64,000 nucleotides of DNA from positions 1,218-65,217 of the forward strand of contig JAMPXO010000011.1 of NCBI GenBank assembly GCA_023701125.1, in the 5' to 3' direction. A model generated the notes under the pieces. The model searched no databases. It worked only from the letters and a program-made list of their open reading frames with translations, and had not been told where the DNA came from. Source of the DNA: Vicinamibacteria bacterium (GTDB lineage Bacteria > Acidobacteriota > Vicinamibacteria > Fen-336). Below are positions 27,136-37,394 of this stretch, one piece after another (position 1 is the first letter of the stretch; each line of letters starts with the position of its first letter). Position numbers and translations under genes: made by a program.

Positions 27136-28485
27136 ATGACCCACGTCGATCCGTCCATCTTCAAGGCCTACGACGTGCGCGGGATCTACCCGACGCAGAT
27201 CTCCGGCGAGGTCGCGCGCCGCATCGGCGCCGCCTTCGTCGACTACCTCGGCGCGAAGCGGATCGCGGTCGGCCGCGACATCCGGCTGTCCTCGCCCGAG
27301 ATCGCCACGGCATTCGAGCAGGGCGCGCGCGCCCGCGGCGCGCACGTGACGGACATCGGCATCGTCGGCACCGACGTCCTCTACTACTACGTCGCCCGCC
27401 ACGGGCTGGACGGCGGCGCGATCATCACCGCGTCCCACAATCCGAAGGAGTACAACGGCATCAAGATGGTCCGCCAGGGCGCGTTCGCGCTCTCGGGCGA
27501 CGCCGGGATCAAGGAGATCAAGGAGGCGATCGGCGCCGGCGCCCACCCCGCGCTGGCAACGCCCGCCGGCGCACCGGAACTCGTCTCGGACGTCCTCGAG
27601 GACTACGCCCGCCACTGCCTGTCGTTCATCGACAAGGGCCGCGTGCCGCGGATCAAGGTGGTGATGGACGCCGGCAACGGCATGGGCTCGGTGGCCGCCA
27701 GGCCCGTCTTCCGCGACCTGCCGCTGACGATCGTGCCCCTCTACTTCGAGCCCGACGGCACCTTCCCGAACCACCCGGCCGACCCGCTGATCGAGGAGAA
27801 CCGGCGCGAGATCATGGAGCGCGTGGTCAGCGAAGACGCCGACCTCGGCATCGCCTGGGACGGTGACGCCGACCGCTGCTTCTTCATCGACGACACCGGC
27901 GCCTTCGTGCCCGGCGACTTCGTGACGGCGCTGCTCGGCGAGGCCTTCTGCCGCAAGGAGCAGGGCGCCCGCATCATCTACGACGTGCGCGCGTCGCGGG
28001 CCGTCGCCGACCGCGTGACCGCGGCCGGCGGCACGGCGCTGATGCACCGCGTGGGCCACGCCTTCATCAAGAAGCGGATGCGCGACGAGGGCGCCGTGTT
28101 CGGCGGCGAGGTCTCGGGCCACTTCTACTTCCGCGAGAACTGGTTCGCCGACAACGGCATGATCCCCGCGCTCGTGCTGCTCGAGTTGCTCGGCGGCGGC
28201 CACAAGCTGTCGCAGTTGCTGGCCCCGCTCCGCCAGCGCTACCACCTCTCGGGCGAGATCAACTCGAAGGTGGCGGACGTGCCGCGGGCGCTGGCCCGGC
28301 TCGAGGAGCGCTACGCGGACGGCCGCGTCACCAAGCTCGACGGCATCTCGGTCGACTACGACGACTGGCACTTCAACGTCCGCGCCTCGAACACCGAGCC
28401 GCTGCTGCGGCTCAACCTCGAGGCCTACACGGACGCCGAAATGCAGCGCCACCGCGACCAGGTCCTGGAGCTGATCCGCGGCTGA
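27136..28485 (+). CDS. phosphomannomutase/phosphoglucomutase
   Basis: active-site TASHNP, GDGDADR Mg loop, GEVSGHFYF sugar-binding loop. Confidence 0.9.
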   Translation: MTHVDPSIFKAYDVRGIYPTQISGEVARRIGAAFVDYLGAKRIAVGRDIRLSSPEIATAFEQGARARGAHVTDIGIVGTDVLYYYVARHGLDGGAIITASHNPKEYNGIKMVRQGAFALSGDAGIKEIKEAIGAGAHPALATPAGAPELVSDVLEDYARHCLSFIDKGRVPRIKVVMDAGNGMGSVAARPVFRDLPLTIVPLYFEPDGTFPNHPADPLIEENRREIMERVVSEDADLGIAWDGDADRCFFIDDTGAFVPGDFVTALLGEAFCRKEQGARIIYDVRASRAVADRVTAAGGTALMHRVGHAFIKKRMRDEGAVFGGEVSGHFYFRENWFADNGMIPALVLLELLGGGHKLSQLLAPLRQRYHLSGEINSKVADVPRALARLEERYADGRVTKLDGISVDYDDWHFNVRASNTEPLLRLNLEAYTDAEMQRHRDQVLELIRG

Positions 28486-28501
28486 ACGGGGCGCCATCCG
28501 A

Positions 28502-28531
28502 TTGACCGTGGCGGGCGGCGGTCGCTATGAT
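28502..28531 (+). promoter_or_regulatory. sigma70-like promoter for tRNA-Gly (TTGACC-N18-TATGAT)
   Basis: aTTGACCgtggcgggcggcggtcgcTATGATc ends ~13 nt upstream of the tRNA 5' end. Confidence 0.4.
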
Positions 28532-28544
28532 CTTCGCTGTCGGG

Positions 28545-28620
28545 GCGGGCGTAGCTCAGTTGGTAGAGTACGAGCTTCCCAAGCTCGGTGTCGCGGGTTC
28601 GAACCCCGTCGCCCGCTCCA
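28545..28620 (+). tRNA. tRNA-Gly (anticodon CCC)
   Basis: cloverleaf folded by hand: acceptor gcgggcg/cgcccgc, D arm gctcagttggtagagt, anticodon stem cgagc/gctcg with loop ttCCCaa, T arm gcgggttcgaaccccgt, encoded CCA. Confidence 0.9.
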
Positions 28621-28661
28621 CTTTCCCCGGCACCTGCACTGAGGAGGCGAAAGAGCACGCG

Positions 28662-29165
28662 ATGGGCCTTTTCGGCGGCAAGAATCCCGAACCGAAGCCG
28701 GCGGAGCCGGCCTCGAACCGTCCCCAGCCGGTCGCGCCGGCACCCTCGTCCACGCCCGCCGCGAAGCCGCAGCCGTGCGTGGTCGGCGCCCAGACCACGT
28801 TCAAGGGCGAGCTCTCGGCCGAGGAGGACGTGCTCGTCGAAGGCGCCGTCGAGGGCCAGATCAAGGTCTCCCGCTCGCTCCGGATCGGCCCCGGCGGCCG
28901 CGTCAAGGCCTCGCTCCAGGCCCAGTCGATCGTCATCTCCGGCGAGGTCACCGGCGATTGCGTCGCGGTCGAGCGGGTCGAGCTGCAGGCTACGGCCCGG
29001 CTCTTCGGCAACATCCGCGCGCCGCGGATCGTGATCGCCGAGGGTGCCTTGTTCAAGGGCCAGAGCGACATGACCGCTCCCGACCGCGGCTTGGGGGCTC
29101 GCGGCGTGAGCCCCCAAGGGACCGGCGACGGGCTCCGCCCGGCGACGGAACCCGACAGGGCGTAG
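28662..29165 (+). CDS. bactofilin (polymer-forming cytoskeletal protein)
   Basis: gaggagg RBS; disordered N-term then bactofilin beta-helix repeats (FKGELSAEEDVLVEGAVEGQIKVSRSLRIGPGGRVKASLQAQSIVISGEVTGD...LFKG). Confidence 0.8.
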   Translation: MGLFGGKNPEPKPAEPASNRPQPVAPAPSSTPAAKPQPCVVGAQTTFKGELSAEEDVLVEGAVEGQIKVSRSLRIGPGGRVKASLQAQSIVISGEVTGDCVAVERVELQATARLFGNIRAPRIVIAEGALFKGQSDMTAPDRGLGARGVSPQGTGDGLRPATEPDRA

Positions 29166-29189
29166 CGCCCCGCCGCGTTCGCAAGGACC

Positions 29190-30236
29190 ATGTCCCACGC
29201 CCTCGACGAACGGCGCAGCGAGGTCCTCAAGACCCTGATCCAGCTCCACGTGGCCACCGGCGAGCCGGTCGGCTCCGAGAGCCTGTCCCGGGTGCTGTCG
29301 CGTCGACTGTCGCCCGCGACGCTGCGCAACATCATGGCCGACCTCGAACGGCTCGGCCTGCTCGACCATCCGCACACGAGCGCCGGCCGCATCCCGACGG
29401 ACGAGGGCTACCGCACGTACGTCGACAGCCTGATGACCCAGCGTCCGCTGGCCGCGTCGGAGGCCTCGGCCATCGACGTGGCCCTGCGCGGAGCCGACGG
29501 CTCCCCCACCCAGGCTTTCGAGAACGTCTCCCAGTTGCTGTCGAGGCTGACCCAGAACGTGGGCTTCGTGCTGCTGCCCGACCTCGAGCGCACCCGCCTG
29601 CACCGGATCGATTTCCTGCCGTTGTCCGGGCCACGCGCGCTGGCGGTGCTGGTCTCCCGCAACGGTGTCGTCACCAACAAGGTGATCGACCTCGGCCAGG
29701 AGATCCCGGCCCACGAGCTGACGGCCTGCGCCAACTACCTGAACGCCCACTTCCCCGGCAAGCCGCTGTCGAACATCCGCGCCGAGCTGTTGAAACGGAT
29801 GCACGAGGAGAAGAGCCTGTACGACACCCTGCTCCAGCGCGTGATTGCGCTCGGCGAGCGAGTGTTCACGGACGGCCCGGCCGACAGCGGCGACGTGATC
29901 GTGGGCGGCGCCGCCCACATGTTCGATCGCGTCGAGCTGAAGGACCTCGATCGCATGAAGTCGCTGTTCAAGACCTTCGAGGAGAAGAACCGCCTGGTCC
30001 GCCTGCTCAACGGCTGCCTGTCGGGCGACGGCCTGCAGATCGTGATCGGCCACGAGAACCCCGAGCCCGCGATGCACGACCTGTCGCTGGTCGCCGCCAG
30101 CTCGACCGTGGGCGGCGAGGACGGCTGGGCCGTGGGCGTGCTGGGCACCACCCGCATGGAGTACGCACGAGCGGTCGCGCTCGTGGATCACGTGGCGCGC
30201 GCGATGCGGCGCCTGGCCGAGGAGAACGAACGGTGA
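29190..30236 (+). CDS. hrcA: heat-inducible transcription repressor HrcA
   Basis: 348 aa; LDERRSEVLKTLIQLHVATGEPVGSESL winged-helix N-term typical of HrcA. Confidence 0.9.
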   Translation: MSHALDERRSEVLKTLIQLHVATGEPVGSESLSRVLSRRLSPATLRNIMADLERLGLLDHPHTSAGRIPTDEGYRTYVDSLMTQRPLAASEASAIDVALRGADGSPTQAFENVSQLLSRLTQNVGFVLLPDLERTRLHRIDFLPLSGPRALAVLVSRNGVVTNKVIDLGQEIPAHELTACANYLNAHFPGKPLSNIRAELLKRMHEEKSLYDTLLQRVIALGERVFTDGPADSGDVIVGGAAHMFDRVELKDLDRMKSLFKTFEEKNRLVRLLNGCLSGDGLQIVIGHENPEPAMHDLSLVAASSTVGGEDGWAVGVLGTTRMEYARAVALVDHVARAMRRLAEENER

Positions 30237-30841
30237 GCGACGAACAGCCCCCAACGGGAGCCGCGACCGGCCCCGCCTGCGAGCCCGAGGCGGGCGTCGC
30301 CGCGGCCGAGCCCACGGGCCTGGCCGCCGTGGAGCCCGCAGGCTCGGCCCCGGCCGCCGCCGACGAATTGGAGAGCCTGCGCCGCGAGTGCGCCGAGTTG
30401 CGCGATCAGTTGCTGCGGCGGCGGGCCGAGTTCGACAACTTCAAGAAGCGGGTGGAGCGTGATCGCTCGCTGGCCGGCCAGGACGCGCTGGCGCGGGCGC
30501 TGACGGCGCTGGTGCCGACGCTCGACAACCTCGAGCGCGCGCTCGGCGCCGAGGCCGCCGCGGGCGCCCTGCGCGACGGCATTCGCCTGGTCCACCGCGA
30601 CCTGCTGGTGGCGCTCGAGGGCCTCGGCCTGCGCACCGACGACCCGCGGGGGGGGCCGTTCGACCCCGAGCGGCACCAGGCCCTGACCCACGAGGCGGTG
30701 CCCGGCTTCGCCGACGGCACCGTCGTCGACGTGTTCGGCAAGGGCTACGCCCTCGGCGACCGCCTGCTCCGGCCCGCCCTGGTCAAGGTGGCCAAGGGCG
30801 AAGAGGCCCCACACCAAAACGACCCGGAAACGCTACACTAA
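30233..30841 (+). CDS. grpE: nucleotide exchange factor GrpE
   Basis: GTG start overlapping hrcA stop; [22 protein letters not shown]..., C-terminal [12 protein letters not shown]... Confidence 0.9.
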   Translation: MSDEQPPTGAATGPACEPEAGVAAAEPTGLAAVEPAGSAPAAADELESLRRECAELRDQLLRRRAEFDNFKKRVERDRSLAGQDALARALTALVPTLDNLERALGAEAAAGALRDGIRLVHRDLLVALEGLGLRTDDPRGGPFDPERHQALTHEAVPGFADGTVVDVFGKGYALGDRLLRPALVKVAKGEEAPHQNDPETLH

Positions 30842-30879
30842 CGCCCACCGCTCAGGCGGCTTTCCGGGAAAGGGATATC

Positions 30880-32685
30880 GTGGGCAAGGTCATCGGCATC
30901 GACCTCGGTACGACGAACTCGTGCGTGGCGGTCATGGAAGGGGGCGCCCCGCAGGTCATCCCGAACCAGGAGGGCGCTCGCACCACGCCCTCGATCGTCG
31001 GCTTCACGGCCAAGGGCGAGCGTCTCGTCGGTCAGATCGCCAAGCGCCAGGCGCTGACCAATCCGCGCAACACCGTGTTCGCGGTGAAGCGGCTGATTGG
31101 TCGCAAGTTCCGGTCGCCCGAGGTGGACGAGGCGGCCCGCCTGCTGCCCTACACGTTGACGGAGTCCAACAACGGCGACTGTCACATCGGCGTCGACGAC
31201 AAGGTCTACTCGCCGCCCGAGGTGCAGTCGTTCGTGCTGCAGAAGCTGAAGGCCGCCGCCGAGGACTACCTCGGCGAGCCGGTCGAGGACGCGATCATCA
31301 CCGTCCCCGCCTACTTCAACGACATGCAGCGGCAGGCGACCAAGGACGCCGGCCAGATCGCGGGCCTCAAGGTCTCGCGCATCCTGAACGAGCCGACCGC
31401 GGCTGCCCTCGCCTACGGGCTCGACAAGGAAGCCAAGGGCCAGTACGTCGCGGTCTACGACCTCGGCGGAGGCACGTTCGACATCTCGATTCTGGAATTG
31501 GCCGAGGGCCTGTTCCAGGTGCGCGCGACCGGCGGCGACACGTTCCTCGGCGGCGAGGACTTCGACCAGCGCATCATCGACTGGCTGATCGGCGAGTTCC
31601 TGCGCGAGACCGGGATCGACCTCAAGCAGGACCGGATGGCGCTGCAGCGGCTGAAGGAGGCGGGCGAGAAGGCCAAGTGCGACCTCTCGACCGCGCAGCA
31701 GACCGAGATCGTGCTGCCCTTCATCTCGGCGGACGCGAGTGGCCCGAAGCACCTCAACACGGTCTTGACCCGGCAGAAGTACGAGTCGCTGACCGACGAC
31801 CTGCTGGAGAAGACGATCGAGCCGTGCAAGCGCGCGCTGGCCGACGCCGGCCTGCGCCCCGACCAGGTGGACGAGGTGATCCTGGTCGGTGGCCAGACTC
31901 GCGCTCCCAAGGTCAACGAGGTGATCCGCAAGGTGTTCGGGCGCGATCCCAATCGCACGGTCAACCCCGACGAGGGCATCGCGCTGGGCGCCGCGATCCA
32001 GAGCGGCATCCTGGCCGGCGAGGTCAAGGACCTGGTCCTGCTCGACGTCACGCCGCACACGCTGGGGATCGAGACCAAGGACGGCACGTTCACGCCGCTG
32101 ATCGACCGCAACAGCACGATCCCCACCCGCAAGGCGCGCATCTTCACGACGGTCGCCGACAACCAGACGAAGGTCGAGGTCCACGTCCTGCAGGGCGAGA
32201 GCGACATGGCGGCCTACAACAAGAGCCTCGCCAAGTTCGAGCTCACCAACATCCCGCCCTCGCCGCGCGGGGTGCCGCAGATCGAGGTCGGCTTCGAGAT
32301 CGACGTCAACGGCATCGTCTCCGTGTCGGCGTCCGACCAGGCCACGGGCCGCGCCCAGACGATCGTGATCCACCCCTCGGGCGGCCTGTCGCAGAACGAG
32401 CTCAGCCGCCTCGCCGACGAGACCCGCAACCGCGAGCACGCCGAGAAGACTCGCCGCGAGCAGGAAGGCGTCGCGCGCCAGCTCGAGGGCCTGCTCGCCA
32501 ACACGATGCGCTCGGTGCAGGCGCTCGAGGGCAAGCTGACGGCCGAGGAGCACGAGCGCATCCTGACGGCGATGGAGCGGGCCAAGAAGCTGCCGTCCAA
32601 CGCCGGCATCGACGAGTTGCGGGCGCGGCTGGCCGAGATGGAGAAGGCCGCCACGCTCATCGGCCAGGCCATGTTGCGGCCGTAG
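30880..32685 (+). CDS. dnaK: molecular chaperone DnaK (Hsp70)
   Basis: GTG start; [25 protein letters not shown], full Hsp70 similarity. Confidence 0.95.
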   Translation: MGKVIGIDLGTTNSCVAVMEGGAPQVIPNQEGARTTPSIVGFTAKGERLVGQIAKRQALTNPRNTVFAVKRLIGRKFRSPEVDEAARLLPYTLTESNNGDCHIGVDDKVYSPPEVQSFVLQKLKAAAEDYLGEPVEDAIITVPAYFNDMQRQATKDAGQIAGLKVSRILNEPTAAALAYGLDKEAKGQYVAVYDLGGGTFDISILELAEGLFQVRATGGDTFLGGEDFDQRIIDWLIGEFLRETGIDLKQDRMALQRLKEAGEKAKCDLSTAQQTEIVLPFISADASGPKHLNTVLTRQKYESLTDDLLEKTIEPCKRALADAGLRPDQVDEVILVGGQTRAPKVNEVIRKVFGRDPNRTVNPDEGIALGAAIQSGILAGEVKDLVLLDVTPHTLGIETKDGTFTPLIDRNSTIPTRKARIFTTVADNQTKVEVHVLQGESDMAAYNKSLAKFELTNIPPSPRGVPQIEVGFEIDVNGIVSVSASDQATGRAQTIVIHPSGGLSQNELSRLADETRNREHAEKTRREQEGVARQLEGLLANTMRSVQALEGKLTAEEHERILTAMERAKKLPSNAGIDELRARLAEMEKAATLIGQAMLRP

Positions 32686-32712
32686 CCAGCGCCCTCCACT
32701 CCGACTCCCACG

Positions 32713-33846
32713 ATGGCCCAGGCGTCCCAGACCGATTTCTACGAGATCCTCGGCGTCGCTCGCGACGCGGACGAGGCGGCGATCAAGTCCGCCTACCGCA
32801 AGCAGGCGATGAAGTACCACCCCGACCGCAACCCGGGGGACAAGCAGGCCGAGGCGAAGTTCAAGGAGGCGGCCGAGGCGTACTCGGTGCTCTCCGACCC
32901 CGACAAGCGCCGCCGCTACGACACCTACGGCGCGGCAGGCCTCGGCAGCGCCGCTTCCGGTGCGCAGGGTTTCGACCCGGCCGCGTTCGCGGACTTCCAG
33001 GACATCCTCGGCGACTTCTTCGGCTTCGGCGACGTGTTCGGCCGCCGTCGCACCGGCCCGCGCCGCGGCGCCGACCTGCGCTACGACCTCGAACTGACGC
33101 TCGCCGAGGCGGCCTACGGCACCGAGACGACGCTGCGCATCCCGCGCACCGAGAGCTGCGGCACCTGCCACGGCAGCGGTGCGGCGGCCGGCACCAAGCC
33201 GACCTCGTGCCCCAACTGCGGCGGCTCGGGCCAGGTCACGTTCCAGCAGGGCTTCTTCACGGTCGCCCGCACCTGCGGCCGTTGCCGCGGCCAGGGCCGG
33301 GTGATCGCCCAGCCGTGCAAGGACTGCCGCGGCGAGGGCCACGTCGCGGTCGAGCGCACGCTGCAGATCAAGATCCCGGCCGGCGTCGACAACGGCAGCC
33401 AGTTGCGGATCAGCGGCGAAGGCGAAGCCGGCGTGCGCGGCGGGCCGGGCGGCGACCTCTACGTCGTCGTGCGCGTGCAGGAGCACCCGTTCTTCCGCCG
33501 CGACGGCCAGTCGCTGCATTGCGAGATCCCGGTCGCGTTCACCCAGGCGGCGCTCGGTGCCACGCTCGAGGTGCCGACCCTCGACGGCTCGAAGGCGAAG
33601 GTCGAGATCCCCGCGGGCAGCCAGCCGGGCGACAGCGTGCGGGTCAAGGGCCACGGCGTGCCGCACCTCGGCGAGCGCGGCAAGGGCGACCTGCACGTGT
33701 CGTTGCGGGTCGTCGTCCCGACCCACCTGACCGGGGAGCAGAAGAAGCTGGTCGAGCAACTGGGGAAGACGCTGCCCATCCCGCAGACGGCCGAAGCCGA
33801 CCGCGAGCGCTCGATCCTCGAGCGGATGAAGGACTGGCTCGGCTGA
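32713..33846 (+). CDS. dnaJ: molecular chaperone DnaJ
   Basis: J domain DFYEILGV...KYHPDRNPGD, four CxxCxGxG zinc repeats. Confidence 0.95.
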   Translation: MAQASQTDFYEILGVARDADEAAIKSAYRKQAMKYHPDRNPGDKQAEAKFKEAAEAYSVLSDPDKRRRYDTYGAAGLGSAASGAQGFDPAAFADFQDILGDFFGFGDVFGRRRTGPRRGADLRYDLELTLAEAAYGTETTLRIPRTESCGTCHGSGAAAGTKPTSCPNCGGSGQVTFQQGFFTVARTCGRCRGQGRVIAQPCKDCRGEGHVAVERTLQIKIPAGVDNGSQLRISGEGEAGVRGGPGGDLYVVVRVQEHPFFRRDGQSLHCEIPVAFTQAALGATLEVPTLDGSKAKVEIPAGSQPGDSVRVKGHGVPHLGERGKGDLHVSLRVVVPTHLTGEQKKLVEQLGKTLPIPQTAEADRERSILERMKDWLG

Positions 33847-34673
33847 GCGCCGCGGACTTCGTCGCCTTCCGCATCACCGTCCCGCGCGAGGCGGAAGAGG
33901 ACGCGTCTGCGGTGCTGTGGGACCTCGGCACGGCCGGCGTCACGATCGAGATCACCGGCGCCGTGGCCCGCCTGCTCGCCTACTTCCCCGCTCGCGCGGG
34001 CCTCGAGGAGGCCATCCGCGCGGCGTTGTCACCGTGGCCAGGCGCGGCCGTCGAGCCCTCGGCGATCCCCGACGTGGACTGGGTCGCCCGCTTCCGCGAG
34101 AACTTCACGGCCTTCGAGGCGCCGCCCTTCCGCGTGGTGCCCGAGTGGTCCGACGAAGCGCCCGGCGCGCGCACGCTGGTGGTCTCGCCCGGCCGTGCGT
34201 TCGGGACCGGGACCCACGAGACCACCCGCCTGTGCCTCGCGGCGCTGGCCCGGCTGGCGGCGGCCGGGCCGCTGGGACACGTGCTCGACGTCGGCGCCGG
34301 CACCGGGCTTCTGGCGCTGGGTGCGCTGCGCCTGGGGGCCGCCTCCGCCGTCGCGACCGACAACGACCCCGAGTGCCGCGAGGCGTGCCGGCTGCACGCG
34401 ACCCTCAACCGGCTGCCGCTCCACGTGGTCCAGGCCGACGGCGCGCGGCCGTTCCACAGCGGACACTTCGACCTGGTCCTCGCCAACCTGATGGCGCCGT
34501 GGCTGCTCGAGCGCCGCGAAGAACTCTGCGCCCGCGTACGACCAGGGGGCGTGCTGGTGCTCTCGGGCCTGCTCGCCGGCGATGTCGACGAGGTCAGCGC
34601 CGCCTATGCGGGGCACGGCGCGCTCGAGGTCCATCGCGACAACGAGTGGGCGGCGATCGTCGTCCGCACGTGA
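33843..34673 (+). CDS. prmA: ribosomal protein L11 methyltransferase PrmA
   Basis: FVAFRITVPREAEEDASAVLWDLGTAGVTIE (PrmA N-term), VLDVGAGTGLLALGA SAM motif. There is no canonical start codon at the conserved N-terminus. The only in-frame candidates are CTG at 33843 or GTG at ~33909. Confidence 0.75.
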   Translation: MSAADFVAFRITVPREAEEDASAVLWDLGTAGVTIEITGAVARLLAYFPARAGLEEAIRAALSPWPGAAVEPSAIPDVDWVARFRENFTAFEAPPFRVVPEWSDEAPGARTLVVSPGRAFGTGTHETTRLCLAALARLAAAGPLGHVLDVGAGTGLLALGALRLGAASAVATDNDPECREACRLHATLNRLPLHVVQADGARPFHSGHFDLVLANLMAPWLLERREELCARVRPGGVLVLSGLLAGDVDEVSAAYAGHGALEVHRDNEWAAIVVRT

Positions 34674-35404
34674 GCGGCCCGCGGCTCTATGTCCCGGGGG
34701 CCGCAGCAGGCACCCGCGTCGAGCTGCCCGACTTCGCCGCCCGCCACGCGCGCGATGCCTTGCGCCTCGGTCCCGGTTCCCCGCTGCGGTTGTTCGACGG
34801 CCGCGGCGCCGAGTTCGAGGCCACGGTCGAGGAGGTCTCGCGGCGGCGCGTCACCGTCGCGGTGGGCGGTGCAGTCGCGCCGCGGGCCGAGAGCCCGCTG
34901 CGCGTGGAGCTCTGCCTGCCGCCGCTCAAGGCGGACCGCTTCGAGTGGGCACTCGAGAAGGCCGTCGAACTCGGCGTCCACACGATCGTCCCGCTCGCCA
35001 CCGAGCGCGGCGACATGGCCGCCCAGCGCGCGCTGCGCGGCGCACGACCCGACCGCTGGCTGCGGGTGATGGCCGCGGCGGCCGAGCAGTGCGGGCGGGC
35101 CACGCTGCCCGAGGTGCTGCCCGCCGCCCGCCTGACCGAAGTGCTGAGCGCGCCCTTCGACGGCGCTCGCGTGCTGCTCGCCGAGACCGATCCGGCTCGG
35201 CCGCTGCGCGACTGCGTCCCGGCGGGCACGACCCGCGTGCAACTGATCGTCGGCCCGGCGGGCGGCTTCACCGCGGCCGAGCGCGAGGCCGCGCGCGCGG
35301 CCGGCTGCGCGGAGGCCGGCCTCGGCCCCCGCATCCTGCGCGCCGAAACGGCGGCGATCACAGCACTCGCCCTGCTCCAGGCCGAGCGCGGCGACCTCTC
35401 CTGA
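34670..35404 (+). CDS. rsmE: 16S rRNA (uracil1498-N3)-methyltransferase RsmE
   Basis: GTG start overlapping prmA stop; RLYVPGAAAGTRVELPDFAARHARDALRLGPGSPLRLFDGRG..., C-terminal GPAGGFTAAER...LGPRILRAETAAI. Confidence 0.8.
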   Translation: MSGPRLYVPGAAAGTRVELPDFAARHARDALRLGPGSPLRLFDGRGAEFEATVEEVSRRRVTVAVGGAVAPRAESPLRVELCLPPLKADRFEWALEKAVELGVHTIVPLATERGDMAAQRALRGARPDRWLRVMAAAAEQCGRATLPEVLPAARLTEVLSAPFDGARVLLAETDPARPLRDCVPAGTTRVQLIVGPAGGFTAAEREAARAAGCAEAGLGPRILRAETAAITALALLQAERGDLS

Positions 35405-35408
35405 TGCC

Positions 35409-36380
35409 CTAGCCCATCGCCTGGGCGGCGGTGACCGTCGCGACATCGGCGAGGTCCTGGGCCGAGCAGCCGCGCGACACGTCGTTCACCGGCCGCCGCA
35501 GCCCCTGCAGGATCGGGCCGATCGCGGTCGCCCCGGCCAGTCGTTCGCTGATCTTGTAGGCGATGTTGCCGGCGTTCAGGTCCGGGAACACGAAGACGTT
35601 GGCCTTTCCGGCCAGCGGGCTGTCTGCGCACTTCTTCGCCGCGACGCCGGGCACGAACGCGGCGTCGAACTGCAGCTCGCCGTCGACCAGCAGCTCCGGG
35701 TGCGCGGCCCGACACGCCGCGGCCGCCTCGCGCACGCGGTCGACGCTCTCGTGCTCGGCGCTGGCCCGGGTCGAGAACGACAGGAACGCGACCCGCGGCT
35801 CGTGGCCGAAGGCGCGCGCGGTCGCGGCGGTGGCTGCCCCGATCTGGGCCAGCAGCGCGGCGTCCGGCGCGATGTTGACGGAGCAGTCCGCGTAGAAGAG
35901 CACGCGCTCGGGCCACTCCATCACGAACACCGACGACACCCGCTGGTAGCCGGCGGCCAGCTTGACGATCTCGAACGCCGGGATGAACGGCTTGCAGGCG
36001 CTGGTCAGGCCCGAGACGAACCCGTCCGCATCCCCGGCCTCCACGAGCAGCGCGGCGAAGTAGTTGGGCTTCGCCGTCACCTCATGAGCCTGCTCGAGGG
36101 TCATGCCCTTGTGCTTCCGCAACTCCTGGTAGCGCGCCGCGAGCCGGGCCCGGTCCGGGTCCTGGGCCGGGTCGCGGACGATCACGCCTTCCAGCGAGAC
36201 ACCGGCGGCCTGCGCCACCGCTGCGACCTGGTCCCGCGGCCCCAGCAGCACCGGCTGGCACAAGCCCTGGCCGGCCACGGTGGCCGCCGCCCGCACCGCC
36301 CGCTCTTCGGTGCCCTCGGCGAGCACCACCCGCATCCCCTTGCCGCGCACCCGCTGTCGAACGTCGTCCATGAAGCCCAT
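35409..36380 (-). CDS. pta: phosphate acetyltransferase (short-form Pta; phosphate butyryltransferase not excluded)
   Basis: 323 aa; strong similarity to Bacillus-type Pta: ...VFADCSVNIAPD..., FSTRASAE, GELQFDAAFVPGVAAKK, GPILQGL..PVNDLSRGC. Confidence 0.8.
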   Translation of the reverse strand: MGFMDDVRQRVRGKGMRVVLAEGTEERAVRAAATVAGQGLCQPVLLGPRDQVAAVAQAAGVSLEGVIVRDPAQDPDRARLAARYQELRKHKGMTLEQAHEVTAKPNYFAALLVEAGDADGFVSGLTSACKPFIPAFEIVKLAAGYQRVSSVFVMEWPERVLFYADCSVNIAPDAALLAQIGAATAATARAFGHEPRVAFLSFSTRASAEHESVDRVREAAAACRAAHPELLVDGELQFDAAFVPGVAAKKCADSPLAGKANVFVFPDLNAGNIAYKISERLAGATAIGPILQGLRRPVNDVSRGCSAQDLADVATVTAAQAMG

Positions 36381-36417
36381 CGTGTCTTCTCCTGGTTGCT
36401 ATACTCCGCGCGCTGCG

Positions 36418-37353
36418 ATGTTCCTCCTCGGCCAGACCGTCGGCAAGTATCAGATCCTTGCCAACCTCGGCTCCGGGGGCTTCGGGACCGTGTTCCTCGC
36501 CCGCGACACCTGGATCGACAAGAAGTTCGCGATCAAGGTCCCCCACCGCCAGTCGGGCGACGCCGACGACCTGCTGCAGGAGCCGCGGCTGCTGGCCGCG
36601 CTCGACCACCAGAACATCGTCGGCATCGTCACCGCCGAGAAGGTCGACGGCGTCTTCTTCATCGTCATGGAGTACGTCAAGGGCGAGAGCCTCGAGGGCG
36701 CCCTCGACCGCGAGAAGTCGTTCGACGTGCCCCGCGCGCTCAACTACACGGTGCAGGCGCTGAAGGGCGTCGAGCACGCCCACGGCGCCAACATCCTGCA
36801 CCGCGACCTGCGCCCCGCCAACGTGCTGGTGTCGGAGAGCGGCGTCGTCAAGGTCGCCGACTTCGGCACCTCGCGGCTGATGGACAAGATGCACGCGACG
36901 ACCGTCATCGGCAGCCCGCCGTACATGGCGCCCGAGCAGTTCGCCGGCCGCGCCGTGCTGGCCTCGGACATCTACTCGGTCGGCGTCATGCTGTATCAGA
37001 TGCTGACCGGGACGCTGCCCTACTTCAGCCCCAACCCGGCCCAGATCGAGCGCATGGTCGCGCAGGGCCGCTGCACCCCGCCGCGACTGCGCAACCAGCA
37101 GATCCCGCGCGAGATCTCGGACATCGTGATGAAGGCGATGGCGCCCGAGCTGGCCGACCGCTACCAGAAGGCCTCCGAGCTGCTCGAGGACCTGGCGACC
37201 GCGACCGACATCGACCACAAGGCGACCGAGCTGGAGGACATCCGCAAGCGCCTGAAGGCCCGCGAGACCCCCAAGAGCGGCTTCTGCTGGCACTGCCGCA
37301 AGCCGCTTCACGCCCGGTCCCGCTCCTGTCCCTTCTGCGGCGAGGCACAGTAG
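36418..37353 (+). CDS. serine/threonine protein kinase with C-terminal zinc-ribbon
   Basis: GxGxxG LGSGGFGTV, VAIK-like FAIKV, HRDLRPANVLV, DFGTS, APE; C-terminal CWHCRKPLHARSRSCPFCG. Confidence 0.8.
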   Translation: MFLLGQTVGKYQILANLGSGGFGTVFLARDTWIDKKFAIKVPHRQSGDADDLLQEPRLLAALDHQNIVGIVTAEKVDGVFFIVMEYVKGESLEGALDREKSFDVPRALNYTVQALKGVEHAHGANILHRDLRPANVLVSESGVVKVADFGTSRLMDKMHATTVIGSPPYMAPEQFAGRAVLASDIYSVGVMLYQMLTGTLPYFSPNPAQIERMVAQGRCTPPRLRNQQIPREISDIVMKAMAPELADRYQKASELLEDLATATDIDHKATELEDIRKRLKARETPKSGFCWHCRKPLHARSRSCPFCGEAQ

Positions 37354-37394
37354 CCGGAAGCCGCTGAGACTCAGTAACTTCCCGCACGGGACCT

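Noticed and set aside
28620-28662. Possible CIRCE-like element (gcactgaggaggcgaaagagcac) upstream of bactofilin/hrcA
   Set aside because: It is not an inverted repeat and does not match TTAGCACTC-N9-GAGTGCTAA. It is more likely the RBS region.
30838-33759. 973-aa minus-strand ORF antisense to dnaK/dnaJ and 1124-aa ORF antisense to alaS (38513..41887)
   Set aside because: Antisense to highly conserved chaperone and synthetase genes, with non-protein-like composition.
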